Source of the DNA: Yuukianura sp. NJ FZ-2021
Taxonomy: Eukaryota
Direction: 5' to 3'
Assembly: GCA_046563655.1 (NCBI GenBank)
Contig: CM102288.1
Span: forward strand, 5,952,001-6,016,000
Length of the DNA: 64,000 nt
This document shows positions 1 to 12,807 of this stretch, in pieces. Every line of letters begins with the position of its first letter. Positions within the stretch are counted from its first letter, which is position 1. The position numbers were made by a program, and so were the translations under genes. Under the pieces are notes generated by a model that was not told the DNA's origin, searched no databases, and saw only the letters and a list, made by a program, of their open reading frames with translations.

Positions 1-2667
1 CATTGTTTCTCCTGGACAAATTCGTTTTCCTGTAGCGTAAAAAAAAAACAAAAAATTAGTTACGTAATATGTAATTTTAACTCCTTGACTCACCGAATCC
101 AAAGCAGCTTGCTCGTTCCTTCTTTTCTTGATTCAAGTTCTTTCCATCCGGGTTAAAAAATCGCTCCGGTCGGAATTGTTCTGGGTCACCCCAATAGGCA
201 GAATCGAACATGACGGGACGCAAGTTGTAGAGAATGCAAGTGCCTTTGGGGATGACGTAGTTGTCGTACTCGATGTCGCAAGTCGCTTGTCGTGGTGGTG
301 GGAGAGTCGCAAAAGGGCAGTGACGCATCACTTCCAAAAGCGAAGCATGCCATTACATCGAAAAAAACGCATCGACACAATAGGCATCGACGTAAAAGAT
401 ACCTCGATGTGTTTGCTTTATCGATGTCTTTTGTTTCGAGATCTTTTTTTCGATGCTTTTGTTTCGATGTCTTTTTTTTCGATGTATTGGCATGGACCCT
501 CCAAAAGAACGGCGACAGTGTACGGCATTCTACATAAAGATAGTGAATGTTCAAAATTTACGAATTATGTAAAAAAAAAAGTTACAAAAAAAGAGTACTT
601 GTTTGTATCAGTGAGCGGTATGTATTTTGATCCATTTTCAGAAACGTTCAAAATTTCTTCGCGCGCTCGTTTTTGAACTTCAGGAAACAAAGTGAGGTAG
701 ATCACAGTCCATGCCATGACGGTACTCGTAGTTTCGGTTCCCACATTAAACAGATCCGTGAGAACAGCAATTAACTGCTCCGCTGTTCAAAATTTTCAAA
801 AAAAAACTTTCTTTTTTTTAATATTGTTATCGCTCTACCTGTCATGTTGGTGTTGGGATTTCCACGATTTTTTTCAATTTCATCCAAAAAAACTTCCACA
901 AAACTTTCCGCTTTCTGGTCACTTCGCGCGAGTCTTCTCACTTTCGCATCTTCTACAAAATCCTGTAATCAGAAATTTGAAGAACCCGCTTTTACTCAAA
1001 TCAGTAACTTTTCATATGTTTGTTTTTCTTTTTCAAAATTTTACCTCCATAACCTTCCAGCAAGTATTGGTAATTTCCTGTTGGCGTCTGTATCCACTTA
1101 CTTTTGGAAAAATTTTGAGAAAAGGGAAAACTCTCAGAAGGTTTGTAGGGCGTGCAATTTCGAAAACTTCTTGGTTGACGGCGACGTGTCTCTTGATAAA
1201 TTCGGAATTCGGGTCGAACCGGTACCCACCAACGGAACTCCACACGATATTGATCGCAGCAATACCGAGCCGGGTCAAGTCGAGTGCCCAAACTCCGTCG
1301 GTATTTTCTGAACTGTGCCGAATGTCGTTTATCAAGAAATCTATTTCTTCTTTAATCGTTTCATCGTTTCCTTTCTTTGCAAATCCAAAATCACCCAACT
1401 TGCGTACCGTAAATCTCCGCACATCGACCCACGTTTCATCATTTGCCAAAATAATTCCTAACAGTACAGTTCAAAATCAATTGTTAACATTTTACTGTCC
1501 AGTTTAATAATTTTTAACGTTCAGACCTGCCAAAAATATTTACTTAAAACCAACGAAATGTATAATTAAATATGATATTTACTGGAAAAGGTTAAAATAT
1601 TTACTAACCTAACATTAAGGGCATGGGAAAATAAACATGTAACAAATAGCTAGAAAATATTGATATATTTAACATTGTAGCTATGGGAACTAAATATTTT
1701 TGGCAGTTCTATAAACCTCAAGTCTAAAACAAAGTCAAAATTATTTGTCATAAAAACTAAAAACTAAATTTTGAAAGCTGCTGTATACCTAAATTTTTTC
1801 CTTTAGTTCTGAGCTCTCCAAAGAGAGTTTTGTAACGTTGGAGAGTGAATTCCGGTCGCTTGAATAAGTCCTTCATTATTTCAAATTTGGAAATCACAAC
1901 TGAAAGAAAATTTTGAGTTTATCAAGTAGACAGATGTAATAAGTAGTATTTAAAAGAGAATGGGAATTTAATTCCTTGCGTAACTCTAAAAATGTAACTA
2001 TACGATAGGGACTCTCAATGTGAATGCGACTAATGTGACTGAAGTTGTTTATGTACTAGTTGTTTATGTAAATACGACTAATTCAGTTTAATTCTTACTT
2101 GCGTAGTTGACACCCAACTTAATTGACATGATATCTCCATAGATGTCGCTTAGTCCCATTATCTGACGATACGGATACTCTTTGTCTATTCGTATCATCT
2201 GAGGAAGACATCCAAGAATTGGCCAACGGAATGGACCTAGCATATTATGCACAATGTATTACTATATAGATAATACATATAGTATATTATATGGTATAAT
2301 ATATATATGGTATAGTATATTATATGGTATAATGTATATATGGTATAATATATATATATGGTATAGTATATTATATGGTATTATATATATATATGGTATG
2401 TCACATGGTATATTGTATAATTTCATTTCATTCTACTCTGAACTTTTCCTGTATTTACAGCTGGCAGAGATTTCTGAGATAATAATTTCGAGCAGACAGA
2501 CAGACAAACCATTTCTATCACAATAGCTTTGTTATTAAAATAAAGACGTACCTGCTGTACATCGTTTTACCTGGCGGGAGTTTTCTGCTTTGCTTTGTGG
2601 CTTTCCATAAGAAAAAGATCACCGTTGCGATAAGCAGAAGGAACAGAACAACAGATGAACCCACCAT
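1..2667 (-). CDS. Cytochrome P450, CYP2 clan (CYP15/303/305-like), paralog A; 3' end runs off the window; carries a MITE insertion in exon 7
   Basis: ATG at 2667 (MVGSSVVLFLLIATVIFFLW..KLPPG|PFRWPILG). GT-AG exons are collinear with paralog B. Motifs: WxxxR (WVDVRRF), I-helix VGTETTST, ExxR (EVMR, split by the insertion), PERF, and heme motif FGFG|KRICPG (last exon starts at 29). All exons I read are open apart from the 341-499 insertion. Confidence 0.9.
341..499. mobile_element. 159-bp foldback-type MITE inserted in P450 exon (candidate Introner)
   Basis: Absent from the paralog at 4210-4250. Exact 8-bp TSD TCCAAAAG at 333-340 and 500-507. Inverted arms CATGCCA(T/A)TACATCGAAAAAAA are built of CATCGA subrepeats, with asymmetric 5-nt tips CGAAG / GGGTC. 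Confidence 0.9.
1522..1711. mobile_element. hAT-like MITE in P450 A intron
   Basis: TIRs CAGACCTGCCAAAAATATTTA / TAAATATTTTTGGCAGTTCTA. Missing from the equivalent intron of paralog B. A related terminus occurs at about 32427. Confidence 0.7.
2255..2420. repeat. AT-rich microsatellite-like tract (ATATGGTAT/TATA) in P450 A intron 1
   Basis: Visible imperfect tandem units such as TATATGGTATAATATA. Confidence 0.8.
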
Positions 2668-3207
2668 TTCCAAATTTTGAAAGGTATACTTGATTGTAAA
2701 TTTTTTAGCGTTAAAAGTTTAAGTTCTTTATATAATGAACAAAGTTGCAAATCTAACCTAACACTAGATGCGTAATGTGGAATTGTAGCAAAAACCATAG
2801 TTTGAGGATGCCCTTGTTAATTCTGCGTGATTTCGCAAAAAAAAAAAATTTGTGCGATAACCTTAGGATTGATTTGGAAGGACATATAAGAAGAAACTTG
2901 CAGAGCAACCAAAAAGTTTTTCTTTACAGTCTCGCGACATGATTGATGTTCATAAAATTTAATTATTTGACTGGCTGAAAGCACACCAAGGTTACAGAAA
3001 GTCAATGACTGTCTGTGTTCAGAAAATAAGACTAGTCGACTACAGAAAACGTAAAGTAAATTTTCTATCTTCAACCTAACGTAATGAAATTTCCACCCCC
3101 TCCGGGGAATTACCAAAAAAAAATATCTCCGACGTAAAACTAAAATTTGGAAGTATCAATCAGAATTTGAGATTTTTTTTTATCCGAAGTTCAAACAAGG
3201 GAGAATG

Positions 3208-3464
3208 CAAGGTCCCTATAGCGTCGAAATAGTTTTCCTTTAACAGGCTATGCAATAAAACCTGGATTCCAAAAATCTCGCCCCAAACAACTTTTTCCGC
3301 TAATTTTTTTCCAATCCCCATTTGATTTACATATAAATCTTTGCCATAGGAAGGCAACTTGCTTGCAGCTTGCAAGCTTGCTAATTTTTACAAAAAAATT
3401 TGAAAAGTACGAGTTATTGCCTAACCTGTCGAAGAAAAAACTATTTTCGTGTTTACGAACCTTG
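3208..3464. mobile_element. CAAGG-family MITE (hAT-like)
   Basis: Ends CAAGGT..AACCTTG with internal inverted AACAGG(C/T)TA/TAACCTG. Flanks GGAGAATG / GGAGAATA match 7/8 as an 8-bp TSD. Confidence 0.75.
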
Positions 3465-3492
3465 GGAGAATATTTCGATTATATAATGAATG

Positions 3493-6060
3493 TTATGTAC
3501 GAGGGACAAATTTGACTACGCATGGTCTTGGCAGAATTGTGAGTGCTGCAACTCCAGGTTCGAGTGTTGGCTCTTGACCTTCCTTGACCTCAAGTGAGAA
3601 ATCCGACAAGAGAGAAATCATAAACCGAAATAAAACGTCCATCGCCATCGCTTCTCCTGGACAAACTCGTTTTCCTAAAACAAAAACAACAAAATTTCAA
3701 TTTTAGAACTTTTGTAACCTCACTTTATGTTACGTTCAGGGTCAACTGGCTTGAGAGACGAAAAACAAAACTGTAGAAAAAATAATGAGCCGAGTCAGAT
3801 TCGAACCCACTTTTCTTCCATCTGGGAAGCACCTTAACCCTTGAGCTAGGAGGCCCTAACTTTACAACTTGCGTAATAAGTTGTTTTATGTAAGTATATA
3901 ACTCATGTACGCCGCATTTTATGTAATCGTGCATAATCTTGTAGATATGTAATATGTAACTTTAACTCTTCAACTTACCGAATCCAAAGCAGCTTGCTCG
4001 CTCCCTCTTTTCCACGTTCAAGGTCATTCCATCCGGGTCAAAAAATCGCTCCGGTCGGAATTGTTCTGGGTCACCCCAATAGGCAGCATCCACCAAGACG
4101 GGACGCAAGTTGTAGAGAATGCAAGTGCCTTTGGGGATGACGTAGTTGTCGTAGTCGATGTCGCAAGTCGTTTGTCGCGGTGGTGGAATAGTCGCAAATG
4201 GGCAGTGACGCATCACTTCCAAAAGAACGGCGACTGTGTACGGCATTCTACATAAAACTCAAATTTGTGAATGCTCAAGATTTGCAAATTTCGTAAAAAA
4301 AAAAAAAACTTTTTTCTTTTTCAAATAAGTACTTGTTTGTCGCAGTGAGCGGTATGTATTTTGATCCATTTTCTGAAACGTTCAAAATTTCTTCGCGCGC
4401 TTTTCTTTGAACTTCTGGGAACAAAGTGAGGTAGATTACAATCCAAGCCATGACGGTACTCGTAGTTTCCGTTCCAACCAGGAAAAGATCCATGAGTACC
4501 GCAATTAGCTGTTCCTCTGTTCAAAATTTTTTAAAAATTAAAAAAAAATTTTTTTTTTTTGAAATTACCGCTTTACCGGTCATGTTTGTGTTGGGATTCC
4601 CACGATTTTTTTCAATTTTATCTAGAAAAACTTCGACAAAACTCTGCGCTTCCTGGTCATTTCTCGCGAGTCTTTTGACCTTGGCATCCTGTACTAAATC
4701 CTGCAATGAATTATGTTAAAAAAAATTTACCTTTACGAAAATTTGTAACTGAAGAACTCTTTTTTTTTTTTTCCAAAATTTTACCTCCATAACTTTCCAG
4801 CAAGTTTTGCTAATTTCCGTTTCACGTCTGTATCCACTCATTTCTGGGAAAATTTTGAGAAACGGGAAAGCTGTGAGTAGATTTGTGGGGCGCAGAATTT
4901 CGCAGACTTCTTTGTTGATATCGACGTGTCTCTTGATAAAGTCGGAATCGGGGTCAAACCGGTACCCACCAACCGAACTCCATACGATATTGATCGCAGC
5001 AATACCGAACCGACCCAAGTCGAGCGCCCAAACTCCGTCGGTATTTTCCGAACTGCGCCGAATGTCGTTCATCAAGAAATCCATTTCTTCCTGAATCGTT
5101 TCATCGTTTCCTTTCTTTGCAAATCCAAAATCACCCAACTTGCGTACCGTAAATCTCCGCACATCAACCCACACATCATCATCTGTCCAAACAATTCCTA
5201 AAGGCACAGTGGTGCAAAATCAGCTCACAAATTTTACAGTTTAATATAGTTTTAAGTGCTAACATTAATTTGAATTGTACTAAAAGTCAAAATTATTAAT
5301 TCCTAAATAAAACGAACCTATAAACTAAATTTTGAAAGCAGCCGTACCTAAACTTTTTCCATTGGTTCTTTGCTCCGTAAAAAGGGATTTGTAACGTTGG
5401 AGGGTAAATTCCGGTCGCTTGAGTAAGTCCTTCATGATTTCAAATTTTGAAATTACAACTGAAAAAATTTGAGCAAGTAATAGGATTGCATGATTGCCCA
5501 TTGGGCATAGTCCAAAATAAAAAGAAAAACATCGTTGAGAAAAAGAAAAACATCGTTGAGAATTTAACATCATGTAGCTGCTTTATGTAATTGATGTAAT
5601 GTATAGTTGGTTCCGTAAATACTAATGTAATTGACTTTGTACCTGCGTAGTTGACACCTAGCCCAATTGACATGATATCTCCATAGATGGCGCTTAGTCC
5701 CATGATCTGACGAAATGGATATTCCTTGTCTATTTGCATCATCTGCGGAATACATCCAAGAATTGGCCAACGGAATGGACCTATGCACAAAACGTTATAT
5801 ACGTTTTATGAGTATTATACTTATATACTTATTCTATGTATGTATTTTATCTAATAAAGTATATATCTATATATAGTATGCATGTATAGCACATACTACT
5901 ACTATATGCTACAAGGTGTCTCTTAGCAACAGGGGCCTTTCTGTTGTGTATCATTTTTACCTGGCGGGAGTTTTCTGCGGTGTTGTATCATGGTTTTCCA
6001 TAAGAAGAAAATTAGCGTTGCGATAAACAAAAGAAGAGGAATAACAAATGGACCCACCAT
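3493..6060 (-). CDS. Cytochrome P450, CYP2 clan, paralog B (intact, 8 exons)
   Basis: Exons about 6060-5961, 5780-5643, 5458-5348, 5197-4785, 4700-4577, 4516-4333, 4247-3979, 3674-3493, all GT-AG and in phase. N-terminal membrane anchor plus LPPGP, WxxxR, VGTETTST, EVMR, PERF and FGFGKRVCPG heme ligand. TAA at 3495-3493. Confidence 0.93.
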
Positions 6061-7102
6061 TTCGAAATTTTGAAAAAAACTTTGTAAATTTCTTCAAAGT
6101 TTTGTCTTAACAGTCGAGGTGCAATTCTTTTATATCAATACTGAATGCCCATTGTGGAATAGTATTAAAAAAGTCCACGAGTCGTTCCTTGTTCATTCTT
6201 ATCATTAGCACAACCACTTTTAGTTTTCTAAAATACATTTATGTAATGGCAGAACAGGTTTCCAAGGACAAAAATACATGTGCATAGCAACAAAAGTTTA
6301 TGTAAAGTGTAAGTTGCAAAGTTATTGTTTCAACAATTTATATACAATTCTTATTGTCTCAGAAATTTTTATGCGGCGCGAAATATTTATTGTAAAAAGA
6401 AGAATTTTAAATCCGTGCCTACGTGTCAACAAACCCAAGTTTGGATTGGCAATTGTACAATTGTATTGCAAAACACAATTTTGTAAATTAACGTTCCAGT
6501 TTGACCATGAAAAGGTAAAAATTTGAGAATTAATTTGTAACATCAAATTTTGATGTTACAAGCTTGTGTTCGTCAATTTGAACCGTGATGTAACCGCGAT
6601 ATTAAAAAGTGACTAATCCTCAGAATTAGGATGCTTATCAGAATTATGATTCTGAAAAATAGTTGATACAACATATCGCTGTTAACCACGGTAGTTAAAA
6701 TTAACTTTGATTATAATTTGAAAGATTTGTAAACTTGCAAAATCTTTCAATCGTTCCATTGTTTTGCCATTTTGCAATTTCGCAAGTGTCAATTTTACTT
6801 GGACTTTGGAAATTGCAATGGCAAATCAACCATGTAATTTTTGACAACTTTGATTTTGAAAAAGAGAAAACTTAAAAAATTTCTAAAGAAGAAATTAAAC
6901 TTATGGGTTTTTACAAGTTAAGTTTCACTTGAACGTTTACTTTAATTATTGCATTGTCTGTTGACGAAAGCTAGTTAAAACATTTTCCGTTTTTGTGATG
7001 AGCAAGAGAGGAGTACAAGTGGAGTTTAGGTACTAAAGTAATTAGATTCAGATAAGTTTTAATTAATTGATTAGAATCCAGCTGTTGATTAATCGTGACA
7101 CA

Positions 7103-10100
7103 ATGTCTCATCAAATCTGCTTCAAGTTGCCACTGATGTGCATGATGGTATTCTCCGTGATTGTCGGTAGAGAACACGATCACAATCGTGTTTACTTCTG
7201 TGTAGACATGGATTGTACTGGTACGTTTTTCGGCAATAGTTACTCCCTCCTCCATTCCACGAAGCTTTATGTTTCTAAGGAAAGTCCCGTCCATTACATT
7301 AATACTTACTCAAATTTTGCTCCCATCGAACTGAAAAAACGAATCAAAAACGATCAAGGATTTTTTTTTCGTTTAGTTCCGATTTCCGAGGCAGAAGGCA
7401 TGAATGATTACCCGGCTCCATCTGCAGACAGACTTTCTTTCAGAAGACAATCTATGATCTTAATTCTCGGTAAACCAAGTGATGGGATTTCGGACTTCTG
7501 GATTGGAAAAGTAAATTTTAATGCGGAAAAAACTAAGTTTAATAAGCAATTTTACTCCTTTTAAAGGAAAAATAATTTGTGGAATGTTCTAGATTGGAGA
7601 TAGGGTAGGACTAGTTCCGACTAATCTGGTCCGTGAACTACGTGTACGGAATAAGAATCCCCAATACAAGCAGAAACTGTCTAACGTCCTGGAGGCTCAC
7701 GAGCACCGTCAGAAAATGAACGTTGAGCAGGAGCCATCAATCAAAAATTTAGCACAAGACCAAGACCAATTACCCGAATTTAAGCCAAGTCCAGATCCAG
7801 TCAGCGAAATTTCAACCGAACAGAACTTCACAGGTCAAGTTCTTTTTAATTCAGAAGATTCCAAACTGGCTGACGTCCATGACTCGTTACCGTCAAGTCC
7901 CAATTCCAAGACTGACACTGAACCAGAGAAAGTGACAGTATCGCACGAGCCAGTTTCGGCAACTGTAGAAGATCCTGCCATTGAAAATAGTGATGACATT
8001 GGCAGCTTGTTGCCAGAAATGAACCAAACTCAAATACAAGAAACAACCGCAGGTCAAGACTTTTTGACACCTCAGAATACAAGTACTGAATCAAAATCGA
8101 CTGAAACCAATCCAACACCAACAGCGTCGCCAGTTGAGGAATTAATCGCTGAAACTAAACTGGTTAGTAGCCTTTCACCTTCTCGTGACCCGGACATTGT
8201 GAATAGCAGCGATACGCTTGAAAAACATGACACAGCTCCAGTAGTCCACACTCCTGCTGCAACTTTGACTGATTCCAGTCCAAAGTCAATTCCAGTACAG
8301 CCCAAGTCTGGACCTGTCCAAGATCTGGATACTGATTCCACACAAAACAGTCAGCCACACGTTCCTCCCGTTTCTACTCAAGAAACTAATCCCTCGATGT
8401 CGAATGGTAAATCTGAAACTGACGAAGGGCGTGAACAGGCTGATGCTGTTCCTATTACTACTGTCCCCCGAACTGAAACCGCGGATGGTATGAAGCAAGA
8501 ATTGACTCAAGATGACAAGGACAAGCCAGCGGAGAACACCACGACAATTTCCGAAACAGACACAAAGAAGCCCGACGTCAACCAAGAACATCAACATCCT
8601 GTTGAAAATTCTGAAAACACCGTCAATGAAAACTCTGAAAACGTCAATGAAAAGACAGACAATGAGAACTCTGAAGACAGTTCCGATAAAGACTTTGAAG
8701 ACAATTCCAGTGAAGAGCCTGAAGACGACACCGTGAATGAGGACTCTGAAAGCACTGTCAAAGAAAACTCTGAGAACACCGCCAATGAAAACTCTGGAGA
8801 CACTGTCAATGTCAATGAAAACTCTGAAAACTCCGACGACACCGTTAATAAAAGCCAGTCGGAAGTCATTACAAATGATCAACCTATTCCCTCTGCAGAA
8901 ATTGTCCAACAAGAAAAAATCACTGAAGAAGTCCAACCTAGTTTTCACGAAATTAGCTCTACCAAAGTAGAGACAGCACACCCTGTCACTGTCAATACCA
9001 ATGCCGAAGCTGTTGAGGTCCATACAAACAATGATTCCAGCGCTTCTGATGTTGCTAAAGACGAAAAACCCACAGAAGCGATCAAGCAAGCTGAAGTCGT
9101 GTTTGAGCCAGAGACAAGCCATAGTTTCAAAGGAGAAGAAAAACTTTCTAGTAAAGCCAATGCTTTTGATCTTGACGTTGAGATGCACGACGACAGCATT
9201 TCTGGTGAAGTTCCAGCTGATGTTCATCTCCGGAAAATTGAAGTTACGGAAAAAAATACTGTTAGCGAAGAACAGCTGATCGAGGAGAGCAAGGGTGCTG
9301 ATGATATTGAAGTCGATGAATCGAAACCACATCATGTCCTGAATTCGTCCAAAGTCGAAGTTAAACCAGACAAACTTCCAGCTAAAACCGTTCCAAATAC
9401 AGAGTCCGAGCAACATTCGAAAAAGGAGGCGAACAACTTGTCAGAAACAGCTGATCATGTACACATTCCAGCCGAAAACTCAGATCTAACGTCGTTACCG
9501 CCTTCATCAGTTCCAGTTTCAGTTCCTGATGTTGTGATTGAAGAACGTCCATCAACATTCCATGAACCGCATCTACACGCCCAAGATGATCATCATCACG
9601 ACGATCATCACAATCACGACCATCAGCAACCTCACGACAGCCATCATCATGAAGAAAATCATTCCCATGACCAGAAAGATGTTCATCTCGGAGACAGCCA
9701 ACACAATAATCAACACGATTATCATGATCATCAAAATGAAGAAGAACATCATCATCATGATCATCAAAATAACCCAGACCATCATCATCACGATAATTAT
9801 GATCATCAAAACAACACAGATCCTCATCACGATCATCATGATCATCAAAATACCGCAGATCATCATCATCATCATCATCCAAGCGAAGATAATGAACTAG
9901 AGCAACCTCACGTCGAAGTTCACGTTCACCCTCCGAAGATAAACCCTCTTCTGGAACATGTCCAGCCAGCTGATCACACTGAACATCAGAAGTGCGATTC
10001 CTCAGAACACGATTTCCACCAAACGTCAGACTTGCCTATATCCAACTACAGTCTGAAAACTTCGTTCCTTACTGCAATTCGTCACTTGAGTGGCGTACTG

Positions 10101-12563
10101 CTTGGATTCCTTCCAGAACACATGCAGGATACAATTCTGGATGTGAATGATGCTCTCATCTTCACTGGAATAATTGCTCTAACTCTCATCTCCATTTGTG
10201 TACCTTACCTTTTCATTGAAGCTTACTTCTCCGTTCGGCCGTTCAAGAAGAAGGTCACTGACCTCAACAAAACACTCTGGAAGGTAATTAGCAAACTAAA
10301 CATTAACTAATTAGTTAACTAACTTATAAGTTAGTTGAGTTAACTAATAAGTTAATTGGTTAGTAATAGAGATGCCCCGATTCAAACGTTGTTCGGAATC
10401 GCCGATTCAGGGGTTCATGCATCCCGATTCATGACGTCTCTACAGTTTTATAATTTTTTTTCTGGAAAACCAAAAATTTCAAAACAAAATTTGATGTTTT
10501 GTTTGTTTTATGTCATAGGTGAGTACGGCTTATGAGAATCAGCAGGAGGAGTTTGACACTTTCAAGCAAAAGGCTTTGGCTTACGACGAGGACAAGAAAG
10601 AACAGGAACGACTGGAGACGGAACTTTTTTTGGTCAAACAAATTGAAGCCAAATTGAAGAGTGAAAATTTAACGTTGAAAAAACGAATTAACAAGGATGT
10701 CAAAGTAGCTGAAGAACTGGAGGGCTTAATTACGTCAACAATTAACGAACGTGATGCGGTAATTGACATAAAAAAGTCAAAATTTTGAACTTCTAAATTT
10801 TAAAAATTCAATGAAAAATTCAAAAACGGCTTTTTACTTTTACTTTGATTGTTGTTGTGCAGATTGTTGGAGAACGTGACAAGTTGAAGGCTGGACTGAC
10901 ATCGCTTCAGTCAAAATATCAAGAAGTTTCAGAGCAACTGGAATCGCTGCGAACAGATGACGCTGGAGTTCGGATGGACCTGGAACTGCTGACTCACACC
11001 AATGAAACGCTGGAACTTCGTGGAGTAGCACTGGAGAAGGAAATTGGAGAGCTCAAACAGAAGTTAAACCTAGAGATTGAGTTAAGAAGAAATCTTCAGG
11101 CTCAGAACGAGTCTCTCACGGTGGAGAAGAATGCTAGTGCTGATGAACTTGTTGACTTGAAATCAGTGCTGCACAAGTATGAAGATACTGTCAACACTCT
11201 CAATGACGAAATCAGCGCCAAGGAGAATGAGTTGATCGCTTTGAAAGACACGCTGGGTGAAGATTCTCCTCTTGTGGACATCGCTGAAGTGACTGGAAAA
11301 CTCATGATGGCTGAAAGACAAACTTCTTCGCTCCAAGCGCGCGTTGAGTCCATCACTTTACAGAATGCTAGTCTAACACGTAAGAAATCGTTTCATTTGT
11401 CCAAGTAGTTCAAAGTAATTCGAAGTAGTTCAAGTAATTCAAAGTAGTTCGAAGTAATTTAGAGCAAATTGTGTATTTTTTTTAGGAGACTTGGACAAGA
11501 TGAAGGAAAACTTGAGTACCTTGGAGGCTGAAAAAGCTCAAGCAGCGACAAGATTGCAAGTACTGGAAGCATATTTTAAAGAAAAGGAAGAAGAGTTGCG
11601 TCGTGTGGTGGAGAAGCATGAGGCTGAGAAGGAAATGCGCGGGAAAGACAAGGATGAACTGGTGACTATGGTTGAAGAAAGAAACGAAACTGTGCAGGAC
11701 TTGAACAACAGAATTGAAAAACTGAAGAAGGAATTTGAAGAAACCAAACTGGCTCATCGCACTGAAATCCGGGCATTAGAGAGCAAAGGACACGAGACAT
11801 GGGTAAGTCATCAATAATGTCAACAGTTATCAAAAAATATTTCAGTTGTTCTCAAAAATATAATTTTTCCAAAAATGGGTTTTAGCTCTCACTGTGTCAG
11901 TCCGAGCGGAAAGCACAAGAAGCGAGGAAGGAATCCGAACTTTTACGACAGAAACTCACGGCTCTTGTAAAAGCAAAAGAAGCTGATACACGTAAATTTA
12001 AAAAATATCAGTTTTTTGAAAACTTAAAAAAAATTTTTTTTTAAATTTTTTTTTCAAAATTTCCAGAGAATGGTGTAGACAGGAGGGGATCGAATGGGGA
12101 AGTGCCTTATATTTTTTCAGAGTTGGAGCTGGAAGATATTCCTCCTCCGTTGCCAGACGAACCTTCGCTTCCTTCGTACTTTGGTTTAGGGGACTTCGAA
12201 CCCCCTGCCCCCCTGGGAGATTTTGAACCCCCCGCCCCCCTGGGGGACGATGATGAGGAGGAGATGAACGAAATCTTCCGACGCAGGAACCACCACCACA
12301 TGAACGGAAATACGCATGAGCCACAGCGTCCAGCTCCCCTGGGTCAAATGTCGCCCAACTACTCAGATGATGCAGATTTGTCACCCATACGAGGATTGGG
12401 TGGTAGAGCAGAATATTCTGATGGTTCTTCCTCTCCGTCTCCGCCGGAAGGCGAGGGGTCAGAGGGGTCACGAGAGAGTTACATGAATGGGCCATTGACT
12501 TCCAGCAGAAGACGGCAGCCCTTGAGTGCCTCTTCTCCGTATGAACATGGATTCAACTTGTAA
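7103..12563 (+). CDS. Tango1: Transport and Golgi organization protein 1 (TANGO1/MIA3 homolog)
   Basis: Exons about 7103-7220, 7377-7510, 7593-10283, 10519-10758, 10863-11379, 11486-11802, 11886-11991, 12067-12563. Signal peptide; MIA-type SH3-like domain (C..DC..ISEAEGMNDY...LSF....I.ILGK....FWIGK|IGDRVGLVP); long acidic luminal region; hydrophobic/TM segment near 10070-10230; coiled coils with KGHETW (compare the KAHxxW motif of TANGO1/cTAGE5); Pro-rich C-terminus. Confidence 0.88.
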
Positions 12564-12578
12564 TTCATCCCCAAGAAC

Positions 12579-12807
12579 CAAGGTTCCTTGACAACGAAAA
12601 GTTAATTTTCTTTAACAGGTTGAGTACTACCTCGCTTGTTGACAACAAAAATGAGGAAACAAATTGGTAGCAATTCGGATGCATAATTTGAAAAAATTGG
12701 CTGTATTGGTGGTATGACTACGATACACTGAAATGAAAAATTGCAAAATCGTAATAACATGAGGTATTACCCAACCTGTTAAAGAAAATCAAAGTCAACA
12801 AACCTTG
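12579..12807. mobile_element. CAAGG-family MITE in Tango1 3' UTR
   Basis: TIR CAAGGTT..AACCTTG with inverted TTTCTTTAACAGGTTG / CAACCTGTTAAAGAAA. It is the reverse-complement homolog of 55341-55620. Confidence 0.85.

Noticed and set aside
128..1507. Plus-strand ORFs 128-676 and 716-1507
   Set aside because: Antisense to P450 exons, they run through introns and the MITE and have no motifs.
2254..2526. Tyr/Ile-rich 90-aa ORF
   Set aside because: Translation of an AT microsatellite.
8286..9900. Long antisense and alternative-frame ORFs over the Tango1 big exon (376 aa, poly-M/I/D ORFs)
   Set aside because: Shadow ORFs produced by low-complexity coding repeats.
10367..10442. TAGAGA..TCTCTA mini element with CCGATTCA repeats
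   Set aside because: Very short, no TSD and no second copy seen.
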